Shown here in pieces: positions 1 through 9,010 of a DNA stretch of 60,176 bases. Position 1 is the stretch's first letter, and every line of letters begins with the position of its first letter. Under the pieces are notes generated by a model that did not search any database, had not been told where the DNA came from, and was given only the letters and a program-made list of their open reading frames with translations. The translations under genes were made by a program, and so were the position numbers. The stretch comes from Spirochaetia bacterium. GTDB taxonomy: Bacteria; Spirochaetota; Spirochaetia; DSM-27196; Salinispiraceae. The stretch spans positions 1-60,176 of the forward strand of contig JBBRCZ010000015.1 in NCBI GenBank assembly GCA_038204425.1, read 5' to 3'.

Positions 1-628
1 GGTAGCCCAAGAAGTATTCTTGATCACGATTGGACGAATCTTTAAAGATAACGGATATGCCATTAGGGGCATTGTTACCAAAAACATTGACAGTAACAGA
101 TTTGATAATACCAACGTTCTTTGTAACGCCGAAACCATCAAACTTGCTACCCTTTCTTGCTTCCGCTTCGACAGGAACAAGCTTGCCATCGGCTCCGACG
201 GTAGTCTTGTCTACATAGGCAGGTATTTCAAATGGAGGCAATACCGTTGCGAATGCATTTACTGGCTCAGTTGGGAAGTAAACGCGAATACCAAGGATAG
301 ACTCATTGGCATATTGAGCTGCATTTGCACCTACTTTGGCGGCTCGAGCATGGGAAAAGCGCGCACTCAGTACTGATGTAGCAGACGTATTGAGAATAAC
401 TTCCCAGTTGGCAATTGCCAGAGAAGTCTTCATCTGATCTTTTTCGGCTTGGCTAAAACTGGAACCAGCGGCCGAGCTGAAATCTGTGATGGTCGCTTGG
501 TTCTGTACTGGCTTATCAGCAGGGAAGTCAGCTACCAACTTATTAAAGTCGATAACAATTGCTTCTTCAGCAATAAGAGAGAATACAGATACAAACGCAA
601 AAACTAAAAGAATGGCTACCCTTTTCAT
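1..628 (-). CDS. flaA: Flagellar filament outer-layer (sheath) protein FlaA, 3' end outside the window; absent from the ORF track
   Basis: Hand translation from the ATG at 628: MKRVAILLVFAFVSVFSLIAEEAIVIDFNKLVADF...KTSLAIANWEVILNTSA...ILGIRVYFP...PPFEIPAY...FGVTKNVGIIKSV...EYFLGY. The frame is open to the window edge, has a signal peptide and an AAGGAG RBS, and carries the motifs of Treponema FlaA. Confidence 0.93.
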   Translation of the reverse strand, partial: MKRVAILLVFAFVSVFSLIAEEAIVIDFNKLVADFPADKPVQNQATITDFSSAAGSSFSQAEKDQMKTSLAIANWEVILNTSATSVLSARFSHARAAKVGANAAQYANESILGIRVYFPTEPVNAFATVLPPFEIPAYVDKTTVGADGKLVPVEAEARKGSKFDGFGVTKNVGIIKSVTVNVFGNNAPNGISVIFKDSSNRDQEYFLGY

Positions 629-676
629 CCTGTGCTCCTTTTTTTTTCATCAAGCCATGGATATGTAATAACTCAA

Positions 677-704
677 ATTATATTCAGCAAGATTTCTTTG
701 TCAA
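677..704 (-). promoter_or_regulatory. Sigma70-type promoter of flaA
   Basis: Minus strand TTGACA (704-699), 16-nt spacer, TATAAT (682-677); both hexamers are perfect consensus. Confidence 0.8.
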
Positions 705-710
705 CGATTT

Positions 711-1196
711 TCAAGGTTTGTTATTGGATAGATGCACATTTGAGGCAAGTTCTTGCCCCTGTATGAAAAAATGGACGGTAGAAATCTCTGGAATGTTGTG
801 TAAAATCGTGCGTTTGATGATTCCCAAACGGTCCCTTGGCGACAAGGGAGCCTCGGGGTCTAAAGCTTGAACTTCTTTGGAGAAGTCAACTAGGGCTACG
901 TTGTCACGCAAATGAACGGCTCGTAGCTCGGTATTTTTTGGTAGGCTGCGTTGATACTTAAAGCTGAGTGGCCCTTGAATAGACGCAGTAACCAGCTTTT
1001 TTAAAAGGTAGAGATTGTCATGATTAAAAGGTACACCGCGTTCTTCGACGATTATCTGTTTGCTACCTGCGTCGGGAAAAAAAATCAGAACGCGGCGAAG
1101 AGGACTTTCTCGATTGATAAAAAACAGCAACGAGACAGCCAGCATGGCTATCCACAATAGGACCCAAAGAATTCGTTTTTGCGTTGTGGTGGCCAT
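711..1196 (-). CDS. GerMN domain-containing membrane-anchored protein
   Basis: N-terminal TM helix; LVTASIQGP...SLPKNTELRAVHLRDNVALVDFS...TILHNIPEISTVHFFIQG fits the GerMN pattern; AGGAG RBS. Confidence 0.8.
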   Translation of the reverse strand: MATTTQKRILWVLLWIAMLAVSLLFFINRESPLRRVLIFFPDAGSKQIIVEERGVPFNHDNLYLLKKLVTASIQGPLSFKYQRSLPKNTELRAVHLRDNVALVDFSKEVQALDPEAPLSPRDRLGIIKRTILHNIPEISTVHFFIQGQELASNVHLSNNKP

Positions 1197-1209
1197 AGTT
1201 GCTCCTGAT

Positions 1210-1257
1210 TTGCTTCTGCTATCTTTGCTGCTGTCTTTGCTGCTGTCTTTGCTGCTC
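1210..1257. repeat. 12-bp tandem repeat (TCTTTGCTGCTG, about 3 copies plus one degenerate copy) between the amidase and GerMN genes
   Basis: Read directly: ttgcttctgcta tctttgctgctg tctttgctgctg tctttgctgctc. Confidence 0.85.
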
Positions 1258-1259
1258 TC

Positions 1260-2309
1260 TTAAGGAAAGTGCGCATCATTTTCGTCAATATAGGAAACGA
1301 TGCCATTGTAAATGCCATCGGCAAGATTTTTCAAGTAGTCAGCTGTGCGAAGCAAATTAAACTCATCAGAATTAGTAATAAAACCAAGTTCTATCAGAAT
1401 TGAAGGCATGCGAGCACTGCGAACAACGTACCACTCCTCAGCCTTGATGCCTCGGTTGGGGCTCCTGTTGGCTATGGATTTTTCTATATTTCGCAAGACA
1501 CTTTGAGCCAGTAGAATACTGGAAACCGTATATTCTTCTTCTATGAGTGTATTGATAATAGGCAGTACACTTTTGTCTGCTATAGCGTAATCATCTTCCT
1601 GAATCAATGAGCGCCGATATTCAGGAGGTAGGTACCAAATTTCAAAACCTCGTGCCTTGGAGTTTAGTGAGGCATTGGCGTGCAGAGAAACGAACAACGT
1701 ATTGTCATCTCGCGATTTTGCATAGCGATTTGCAATTTTCGTTCGTTCATCCAAAGGAAGGTATTGATCGCTATAGCGTGACATTACGATGTTTCGGTCG
1801 GGGTAACGTTTTTGCAGATTCGCCAAAAGCAACTTGCCGACATCCAGAACTATATCCTTTTCGTTGAGTGTTAGCGTACTGCCGTTGACCGTAAAGCGCC
1901 CAATAGCACCTGGGTCTTTTCCACCGTGACCTGGATCGATGAAGATAGTCTTGATGCCTTTGCGGGAACTCGCAATTGGCTTTGGAAATACTTGCTCAAG
2001 TATGGCCAGTGCTTGTTCAGATATCTGTCCTTGTTCCTCATCGACGGCATCTGGTGGAAACACGACTAGCTCAACACCATTTTTGATTGCCCAAGGATTA
2101 CCAGGTCTGTGCACCAAAAAATCTAGGCCACGGCTAAAGGTCAGGCTTTGCGTCAAGGGATCAAACTGCAAGTGCAAATTTTTGTCGTCAAGAACTTGCT
2201 CTAAGGATAGTTTTTTGTTTGACGATGTCTGAGATGTCAGTTCACTTGCAAAAAAAACAAGCATCAAACATAAGAGCCATTGGCCAAGCAGCCTTTTGTC
2301 AATAAACAT
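1260..2309 (-). CDS. N-acetylmuramoyl-L-alanine amidase (Amidase_3)
   Basis: IFIDPGHGGKDPGA, NEKDIVL, FVSLHANAS, PSILIELGFITN; N-terminal signal/TM. The ATG at 2309 with a GAGG RBS is preferred over 2330. Confidence 0.92.
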   Translation of the reverse strand: MFIDKRLLGQWLLCLMLVFFASELTSQTSSNKKLSLEQVLDDKNLHLQFDPLTQSLTFSRGLDFLVHRPGNPWAIKNGVELVVFPPDAVDEEQGQISEQALAILEQVFPKPIASSRKGIKTIFIDPGHGGKDPGAIGRFTVNGSTLTLNEKDIVLDVGKLLLANLQKRYPDRNIVMSRYSDQYLPLDERTKIANRYAKSRDDNTLFVSLHANASLNSKARGFEIWYLPPEYRRSLIQEDDYAIADKSVLPIINTLIEEEYTVSSILLAQSVLRNIEKSIANRSPNRGIKAEEWYVVRSARMPSILIELGFITNSDEFNLLRTADYLKNLADGIYNGIVSYIDENDAHFP

Positions 2310-3993
2310 GGGCTCGAACCTCTTTGACACGCCAATGGTGATTGTCTGTGACGCCTAGGCTATCGACAAGGTAAAGTAGTCCCTGTAAACCACCGCGCAT
2401 AAAGCAAGCAAGAACTAGATCACGGTCTTGCTTGTACGCGTGGCTCAAATTATCCATCCACCAGGCTGGAAACACGTTTTTGAGCAGCTCAAGGCTAAAT
2501 GATGGACTACGCCAGTTAAAGTCCAGTAGCTCACCTTTTAGGGGCGTCTGGTGGTTCTTCCAATTGGGATCGGCAGCAACAAACCCGTCAAATATTGTTG
2601 CAATCTCCAAGGCATCTTGTGGCTGCCAGGCAGAGACCAGGGAATTCTTGGCAAAAAGGAATTTATCTGTGCTTTTTTGGCAGGGCTCCAGACGTACAAT
2701 CAGGGAGGCAGCTGCGTGGCATGCTGCGTTAATCGCTTGTTGACGATCGGTACTACAGGCAATGACGTTGCCTGCCTTTTCTACGTTGTTACGTGGAAAG
2801 ACAACGCTGTCTCCGACTTGTATGCGCTCAAAATAGTGCAATAGCGGACCCTCGAGACTTAACGATGGACGGTTGAGTATTTGCTTAACTATACCCGGTA
2901 TAGAAACAAAGGCTCTTTCTACACTGGTTTTGTGCCACCGTGGTTCTAGACTAGTGCAAGGTCGTCCCAAGGCCAAACGTAAAGCTTGTCGGGTCAGGTC
3001 TATGCCACTTGCTGCTGGAAAAGTCCAGCCAGACATATAGCCGCCTGATAAACGGGCGGCGATCTCTCCAATGACTGGCCCATGGGGACCAAAAAAGACA
3101 TCACCTTTGGCTACACCATTTTTGATGCCCAAGGCTGCTACAGCTTTTGAAAAAACCGCAATCATTTGTGCCTCATTTTTGACCGACAGTCCCGAAGGCA
3201 TAGTGTGTCCCATTTCTACAAACCATGGTGGAAAAAATATATGTCGCAAGGCGATGCCGCAAGCAAAGAGTTTGCCATCAATTAGTAAGCTATCGATGCT
3301 GTACTCAGGACCATCGATAAATTCTTCAACTATTACCACCGAGGATCTTGAATGTCGACGTGCAAGTTCAAGGGCAGCCACTAATTGGTCTAAGTTGGTG
3401 ACCTTACTGACTCCACGTGCGCCCATGTTGTCGACTGGCTTTACCACCAAAGGAAATGCAAGTGCCTTGAATGCGCTTTCTTCTAGCCTATCGTGTGCCT
3501 CAAGCGCTAAAAAACCTGGCGAAGGAATGCCGTTCTGGCTAAATATCTGGCGCATGCGGTGCTTTTCGCTAGCATTAAGGCAGGCTTGGTAGCCAGATGT
3601 AGGAACTGAAAGTTTTTGCGCCAGCCAAGCTACATTGGCGCTAAAATCCGTGGCGGCAGTAAAAACTGCTTTGATGCACTTTATGGGCTCTGTTTGATGT
3701 ACTTTGTTTGCAAGAAATTCTTGGGCCATCGTCAAAATCTGCTCTTTATCTTTTAGATCGATTGGATAAAAAGCATCGGCCAAGTGCGCTGCCGGCGCTT
3801 GGGGGTTTCCATCAACCAATAGTACCTTAAGCCCTTCTCTATGGCATGCTCTTAGGGCCGGAATCTGCATTAAGCCACCACCTAACAAAAGTACATAGTC
3901 GTTGCCGACAGGCGACACTTCCGGTAAGGACGGAAAGTCAGGCTGCGTCGCCTGACCGCCAAACGGATAGTCCTCCGTCTCAAATTGCTTCAT
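2299..3993 (-). CDS. ATP-grasp domain protein (amide ligase-like) with C-terminal extension
   Basis: LLLGGGLMQIPA, EKHRMRQ, FPLVVKPVDNMGARGV, IVEEFIDGPEYSID, IGEIAARLSGG. Confidence 0.85.
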   Translation of the reverse strand: MKQFETEDYPFGGQATQPDFPSLPEVSPVGNDYVLLLGGGLMQIPALRACHREGLKVLLVDGNPQAPAAHLADAFYPIDLKDKEQILTMAQEFLANKVHQTEPIKCIKAVFTAATDFSANVAWLAQKLSVPTSGYQACLNASEKHRMRQIFSQNGIPSPGFLALEAHDRLEESAFKALAFPLVVKPVDNMGARGVSKVTNLDQLVAALELARRHSRSSVVIVEEFIDGPEYSIDSLLIDGKLFACGIALRHIFFPPWFVEMGHTMPSGLSVKNEAQMIAVFSKAVAALGIKNGVAKGDVFFGPHGPVIGEIAARLSGGYMSGWTFPAASGIDLTRQALRLALGRPCTSLEPRWHKTSVERAFVSIPGIVKQILNRPSLSLEGPLLHYFERIQVGDSVVFPRNNVEKAGNVIACSTDRQQAINAACHAAASLIVRLEPCQKSTDKFLFAKNSLVSAWQPQDALEIATIFDGFVAADPNWKNHQTPLKGELLDFNWRSPSFSLELLKNVFPAWWMDNLSHAYKQDRDLVLACFMRGGLQGLLYLVDSLGVTDNHHWRVKEVRAHVY

Positions 3994-5783
3994 CAGCCGC
4001 CCACTCCTTGATTATTGTCTTTTGTCTGACGCGCATACACTTCAAAAGTATCTCCCAAACTAAAAATTCGACTAATTAGTCTTGTTAATGGAAAAAAAAG
4101 CGGTTTTGCGAGAATACCTTTAAAGCGCTCGGGGTGATGTCCCGTTGAGCATATTTTGATAAGCCTAAAGCCGTGCCAAGCCAGAAGTTTCTTAATCCTG
4201 CGAGGTCGCCACAAAGTATAATGATCGCGCGGACTTTGTGCCAAAAAATCGCCCCAACGCAATTGGGCCGATACGCCTTGCGCACTGGGGGTAGCCAGCG
4301 CCAAAATGCCGTCTTTTTTGACCATAGCAGAAAGAATTGCCAAAACTCTGTAGAGGTCAGGAAAATGCTCGATTACATACCACATACTCAGCACATCGTA
4401 AGGCCCACCGAGGGACTGCGTGTTCATCAACCTAATGTCACCGCTGACAGCTGCAAGTCCCAGTTTTTGCGTAACATGATTGACGGCATCTTGACTGATA
4501 TCACAGCCTTTGACCTCAAAACCGGCTTGTTTGGCTGCAATAAGAAAAGGACCGTAGGCACAGCCGATGTCTAACAAGGTGCCATTTTTTTCTTTGCGCA
4601 TAGTGCTTATACGCTTTAACCTTAACTTGCCAAGTGATTGAATGTAGTCAAAGTCATCAAGGTAGGTTTTGCCATATTGCTTTGCATACTCGCTAAAAAA
4701 ATAGTCCTCTTGATACTCAATAGTCTGCGCGCCAATCAGATGCAAGTAATACATGTCGCAGTTTGAGCATACAAAAAAGGTTTTATCCTCAAAGCGACCG
4801 ATTGCTGAACCCTGGCTGCTCTGACAAGCCGGACAACAATGACCGTTTGGATTCTCAAGGCTGGTAAGCCTTTTGGCCAGCTGTGACCAGGTGGAACTAT
4901 CTTCGGCTGATTGACCGTGCTGTTTCTGTTTGAGGAATGAAACTTGGTGCAAAGTGCTTCTGAGCAGGGCAAGTGAGGTATTGTTTAGTCTCAGCACACC
5001 CAGACTGTCGAAGCCTTCTTGTAGGCTCAGTTTCTGGTGGTAGTTGGCCGGATTAAAAACCAAGACGCGCTTTGCTGCGGCAAGCGCCTCATATGCAGTC
5101 AAACCAAAGCTTGTAATCACCAGATCGTAGTCTTTCCACAGTGCTTCAAGTGATTCAAAAGGGCCAATCTCTCGACAGTTTGCGGATAGCTTAGCAGGCA
5201 ATGCTGGTGAAAGGGCGCCGCGGACAAAGTCCAGCTGACAGGATTGCGTGAGGGTCAAAAAAGAACGATTGGCCAAGAGTGCATTTCTCAACCCACCGGG
5301 ATCCTCCCCGCCAAAACTTATCAAAACATTGATAGAGCTTTTTTTTGCAAAGGCGCTCGAGGTTTGGTTGGAGGGTTGGCAGGACTGAGGGGACCATGTT
5401 AGAAATCGTTTTACTTGTAGTCTTGGCAAAATATCAATAATATATGATGCCGCACCAGCACCAACTCCACGGCCATCAAAAGCGATCACGGCAGCATGGT
5501 GCTTGGCTTGGTCAACTTCGCTCTTGCCCAACAATGGCTTGTCAAAAACTATCCAAGCCGGTTTTGAATAGTCTGTCGCCTCAAAGGCCTCTTGGATACT
5601 GCTGACAAGGTCAAAACGCTTAAGCAGCGGGAAGGCGCTGACTAGGCGCTGCTGGTCACTACCAGCAATTAAAAAGCTAACTTGATCTAAGTGCGCGGCA
5701 ATCTTAATGCAACGCAGCAAATGACCGCTACCCTTGCCTACTGAGGTTTCCGGCACAAAAAGAAAGCGTGTATTCTCAGACAT
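3993..5783 (-). CDS. PseG/SpsG-like (GT-B fold) domain fused to a Zn ribbon and a class I SAM methyltransferase
   Basis: GKGSGHLLRC, LISFGGEDP, ITSFGLTAYEALA; CPAC...CSNC; LLDIGCAYGPF, MWYVIEH. The start at ATG 5783 overlaps the upstream stop. Confidence 0.8.
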   Translation of the reverse strand: MSENTRFLFVPETSVGKGSGHLLRCIKIAAHLDQVSFLIAGSDQQRLVSAFPLLKRFDLVSSIQEAFEATDYSKPAWIVFDKPLLGKSEVDQAKHHAAVIAFDGRGVGAGAASYIIDILPRLQVKRFLTWSPQSCQPSNQTSSAFAKKSSINVLISFGGEDPGGLRNALLANRSFLTLTQSCQLDFVRGALSPALPAKLSANCREIGPFESLEALWKDYDLVITSFGLTAYEALAAAKRVLVFNPANYHQKLSLQEGFDSLGVLRLNNTSLALLRSTLHQVSFLKQKQHGQSAEDSSTWSQLAKRLTSLENPNGHCCPACQSSQGSAIGRFEDKTFFVCSNCDMYYLHLIGAQTIEYQEDYFFSEYAKQYGKTYLDDFDYIQSLGKLRLKRISTMRKEKNGTLLDIGCAYGPFLIAAKQAGFEVKGCDISQDAVNHVTQKLGLAAVSGDIRLMNTQSLGGPYDVLSMWYVIEHFPDLYRVLAILSAMVKKDGILALATPSAQGVSAQLRWGDFLAQSPRDHYTLWRPRRIKKLLAWHGFRLIKICSTGHHPERFKGILAKPLFFPLTRLISRIFSLGDTFEVYARQTKDNNQGVGG

Positions 5784-6465
5784 AGCTTGCACCTTGGTGG
5801 ATCTGGCGGGCATAGTCAATAACCTGGTCAATTGGCAAAGCTGTCCCACGATAGTAGGTCTCAAAAAATCTCTTGAGAAAGCAATAGTCGTCAAAGGTGT
5901 CAAGCGTCAGTCGTAGCGATGGGTCAAAGCTCGGACCAGCGTATGCTAGCTGCAAGAGCTTAAAGCGACCAGGACTGTGATAGACGCCGGGGCATACATG
6001 TTCGGTTTCATAGTCGTCGGGGCTGGAGGCAAATACTTGTTTGAGTGCTTGTGTGCTTACGATTTCCACACCAGATCCGAGCGGCATGCCAGTGTAGCAA
6101 GCGTGGTCAACTTGTGCTGACAAAGCGACTTGCAACGCGTTTTGGGCATGAATAGAGTCAAGCAAGGGATTGTCGGCAGTGGCTCGGACTATGTAGTCGA
6201 CTTCAAAAGCAAAAGCTGCATCAACAAAGCGGCTAAGCACGTTTAAGGTGGAACCCGCAAAAATCTTCCAGCCAGCAAAGCGAGCCAAGGACTCGAAGGC
6301 AGGCTTGGAATCGTGGTCGCAAAGCAGGACTTTTTCGTCACAGTCAAGCGCTGACAAGGCCTGCATGCAATGCAAGAGTACGGGCTTGCCACCCAGTTCG
6401 TAGAGTACTTTGGCAGGCAATCGACTTGAGCCAAGTCTGGCCTGCAAAAAAACGGCTGTTTTCAT
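5776..6465 (-). CDS. SpsF-like cytidylyltransferase (CTP_transf_3 family)
   Basis: FLQARLGSSRLPAKVL, GSTLNVLSRF, VRATADNPL, GSGVEI, EHV, LRLTLDTFDDY; ATGA overlap with the upstream gene. Confidence 0.88.
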   Translation of the reverse strand: MKTAVFLQARLGSSRLPAKVLYELGGKPVLLHCMQALSALDCDEKVLLCDHDSKPAFESLARFAGWKIFAGSTLNVLSRFVDAAFAFEVDYIVRATADNPLLDSIHAQNALQVALSAQVDHACYTGMPLGSGVEIVSTQALKQVFASSPDDYETEHVCPGVYHSPGRFKLLQLAYAGPSFDPSLRLTLDTFDDYCFLKRFFETYYRGTALPIDQVIDYARQIHQGASYV

Positions 6466-7418
6466 GACTCGCCCACCTTGGTCCATAGTTCGGTTATGTA
6501 GCGGGCATCATGTTTATAGAGATAGGCATGAGCCTGCACCCAAGCCTGAGCCGCTTTAAACTGACTTTTTCTCTTAAAGTAAGAGCCACTGGCGATCTTC
6601 CAATAATTCCAAAAACGCCGCGACGCAAGCACCGCGTGGTCGTTCTCATACTCAAGCAAAAGAACGTGCAAAAAAAATCGTAAGTAGTCTGCGTCGGCAC
6701 TGGTGTTCTCGGCTTCTATTTCATAGCTATTTTGCAATCGTATGCCTGCTTGGCAAACTATGGTCTCGCCCCACATCCTGCAGCGATAACCAAACTCCAC
6801 TTTTTGCCAATAAGGATTATGATAGCTTGTATCGTAGCCGCCCATAGAAAGAAATTTTTCCCTATCATAGAGGCCCACGTAGTCATAGGGATAAAGGCTT
6901 GGCAAAATATCACGACTTGGCAAATGATTGACGATGGTAAGTTGATTTTTGTGTTCCAGCGGAACATGGACGATGGGTAAGAGATCCCCACTCGGAGATT
7001 TGTGCAAGGGTACGGTACACAAACTTCGCCGTTCTATCAGCTCTTGCATACTCGATTCTAAGAACGGAAGCAGTCGTTGACTACTTTTGACTACAAAGAC
7101 CATGTTTTCCCTAGCTTCTCGCATAGCAAGGTTGATCTTTTGCCCTGTGCTAAGCAGGCTGTCTACTATCATCAAGCGCAAATTGGGAAACTCGCGACAC
7201 AGGCTCTCGCTATCACGATTGCGACTGGAAGAATCAACGACAATCATCTCGCGAATGGCCAGAGCAGAAACACGTTTTAGTGCTTCATAGACATCATGTT
7301 GGCTTCCGTCAGCTAGGATAAGTACCGTGATCAAAAAACCCGTATTTTGTCCACCATGAGGACTACCTATGACGGTATATGGCAAGTTTTCTTTAGGCGT
7401 TAAAGGTGTAGTGCTCAT
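6462..7418 (-). CDS. Glycosyltransferase family 2-like protein (spirochaete type)
   Basis: EMIVVD, GQKINLAMRE, GLYDREKFLSMGGYD, YWQKVEFGYR. The likely start MSTTP at 7418 overlaps the end of the spiro-SPASM gene. Confidence 0.7.
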   Translation of the reverse strand: MSTTPLTPKENLPYTVIGSPHGGQNTGFLITVLILADGSQHDVYEALKRVSALAIREMIVVDSSSRNRDSESLCREFPNLRLMIVDSLLSTGQKINLAMREARENMVFVVKSSQRLLPFLESSMQELIERRSLCTVPLHKSPSGDLLPIVHVPLEHKNQLTIVNHLPSRDILPSLYPYDYVGLYDREKFLSMGGYDTSYHNPYWQKVEFGYRCRMWGETIVCQAGIRLQNSYEIEAENTSADADYLRFFLHVLLLEYENDHAVLASRRFWNYWKIASGSYFKRKSQFKAAQAWVQAHAYLYKHDARYITELWTKVGES

Positions 7419-8916
7419 CACAATCCTTACAGATACCGGTAAACTCACCCTTGGTATGAGCTTTGTGTATGCCCGACATTCGTTCCCAAATAACGTCGAT
7501 ACCTTCGTTAAGTGCGTTTCCCAAGGCATCACTGGCGTCAAGATCTTCTCGACAGCGACTAACGCGACCATCTACCAAGATATTGAGATCTCGTTTGAGG
7601 TGCCAACAGACGGCTCGTTTGAGTGGTGCAATATCGGAAATGCGTAGGTCTGGCAAACTGTGACTAAAGTGATCGTACTTCTGAAAAATAAACTTAGCCT
7701 TACGTTCTTTCCAAAAAGCGTGAAAATGAGGAAGACTGTCCTCGTTAATGGTGGTTCGCACGGCTTGAATGTAGACATTGTCGGGGTTCCAAGCGCTCAA
7801 ATTTTGGGCAAAGACAAAGGCCTCTGCAAAACCTTGGCCACGCATTTCTTGGTAGACGTTGGGGTCTAAAGTATCTAAAGAAACTATCCATGTAATGTTC
7901 TTTAGCGCTTGGGGCTTAAGAGCCTTGATTTTATCTATATCCCAGCCTATTCCAGAGGTTTCCACATAGAAGCCAAGCCCTGGGTACGTTTCCGCATCTT
8001 CGAGTATTTGGTAGATCTCGGGATGCATCGATGCTTCACCCCACAAAGATAAACTTACGAAACTGTCGGGGGCAAAAACTGCAAAACGCCGACAAAGGTC
8101 GGAAAAATCGCTGCGCGTCATGTATCTATCAAGTTTACCAATAGTCTGCCCGTGTCTTAGACCATAAGGACAATAACTACAGGCTTGTGGACATTTTTCT
8201 ACAATTTGCACGTTCATAAATGCTGGCAATGTTCTTAGTAGTAGCTGATGGTCTTCAATATACGCTTCAAATTCTTCGGGGTTTTTTTCTGACGCGGAAA
8301 GCAATTTTTTGCACAGATCAAAATTTCTTCTTTGATTTACGTGCAGGTTAACCCGCAGCAAACGCAAATCTCGGCTTGCTAACATGGTCTCAATTTCAAA
8401 AGCGTTGACATCCGGCTTGAGCGCATCAAAGAGAAACGAAGGACTTGCAAGGTCTATTTCTTGCTTGCTTGTCAAGGTTTGCAAGGCAGGCAGAATTTCT
8501 GCATTTATGAGTGAGGGAGCGTAACCCAGTGGGTAACCCTCTGCAAAACTAAACTCTGCAAGGTACTTATCATGTTGTTCTAGCAGACGTTGCAAAAGCA
8601 CCATTGAGCTCAGTACTGCATCGGCTCGCAGCCAGACGATTTTGTCTTCGGGACTAAGCTGGGCAAATACCTGAGCAATCAATTCGCTAGAGCTAATCTG
8701 CTCTGCTAACAGAAAGCGATACGTGATAGGGTGAGCGCTTAAGTGGGTCGTAAGCGCCGCTTGCATGTCTGGATGTGCGCAGATCAAAATCTCACCCCAT
8801 TGGCCAAAACCAAGCAATTTGTCGAGCAAGTAGCTAAATGCAGTCTTGTCGGGACTAATCTGTTCAAAAAGTAGAGGACTTGCCCGGTGGGCGTTCAAAC
8901 ATAATCTCAATGCCAT
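7393..8916 (-). CDS. Spiro-SPASM protein (degenerate nucleotidyltransferase-like N-terminus, radical SAM, SPASM/twitch domain)
   Basis: CPQACSYC radical SAM motif, SLWGEASMHP, ETSGIGW, CWHLKRDL...RC...CKDCDEHYTFN C-terminus. Confidence 0.88.
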   Translation of the reverse strand: MALRLCLNAHRASPLLFEQISPDKTAFSYLLDKLLGFGQWGEILICAHPDMQAALTTHLSAHPITYRFLLAEQISSSELIAQVFAQLSPEDKIVWLRADAVLSSMVLLQRLLEQHDKYLAEFSFAEGYPLGYAPSLINAEILPALQTLTSKQEIDLASPSFLFDALKPDVNAFEIETMLASRDLRLLRVNLHVNQRRNFDLCKKLLSASEKNPEEFEAYIEDHQLLLRTLPAFMNVQIVEKCPQACSYCPYGLRHGQTIGKLDRYMTRSDFSDLCRRFAVFAPDSFVSLSLWGEASMHPEIYQILEDAETYPGLGFYVETSGIGWDIDKIKALKPQALKNITWIVSLDTLDPNVYQEMRGQGFAEAFVFAQNLSAWNPDNVYIQAVRTTINEDSLPHFHAFWKERKAKFIFQKYDHFSHSLPDLRISDIAPLKRAVCWHLKRDLNILVDGRVSRCREDLDASDALGNALNEGIDVIWERMSGIHKAHTKGEFTGICKDCDEHYTFNA

Positions 8917-9010
8917 ATCACCCTTTTATCGGCGATTAAGCTCTTATGCAATACGCCAAAGTCATCTGTAGTGCTTGTAAAAAAAACCATGACTGATTAG
9001 TGTAGCCGCT

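Noticed and set aside
20..668. Plus-strand ORFs 20..376, 30..218 and 486..668
   Set aside because: They are antisense shadows of flaA or its upstream region and have no motifs.
1260..1262. Selenocysteine or pyrrolysine recoding between the amidase and GerMN genes
   Set aside because: The stop is TAA, and GerMN has its own RBS.
1060..1263. Plus-strand ORF ending in LLLS repeats
   Set aside because: It is the antisense reading of the 12-bp repeat and the GerMN gene.
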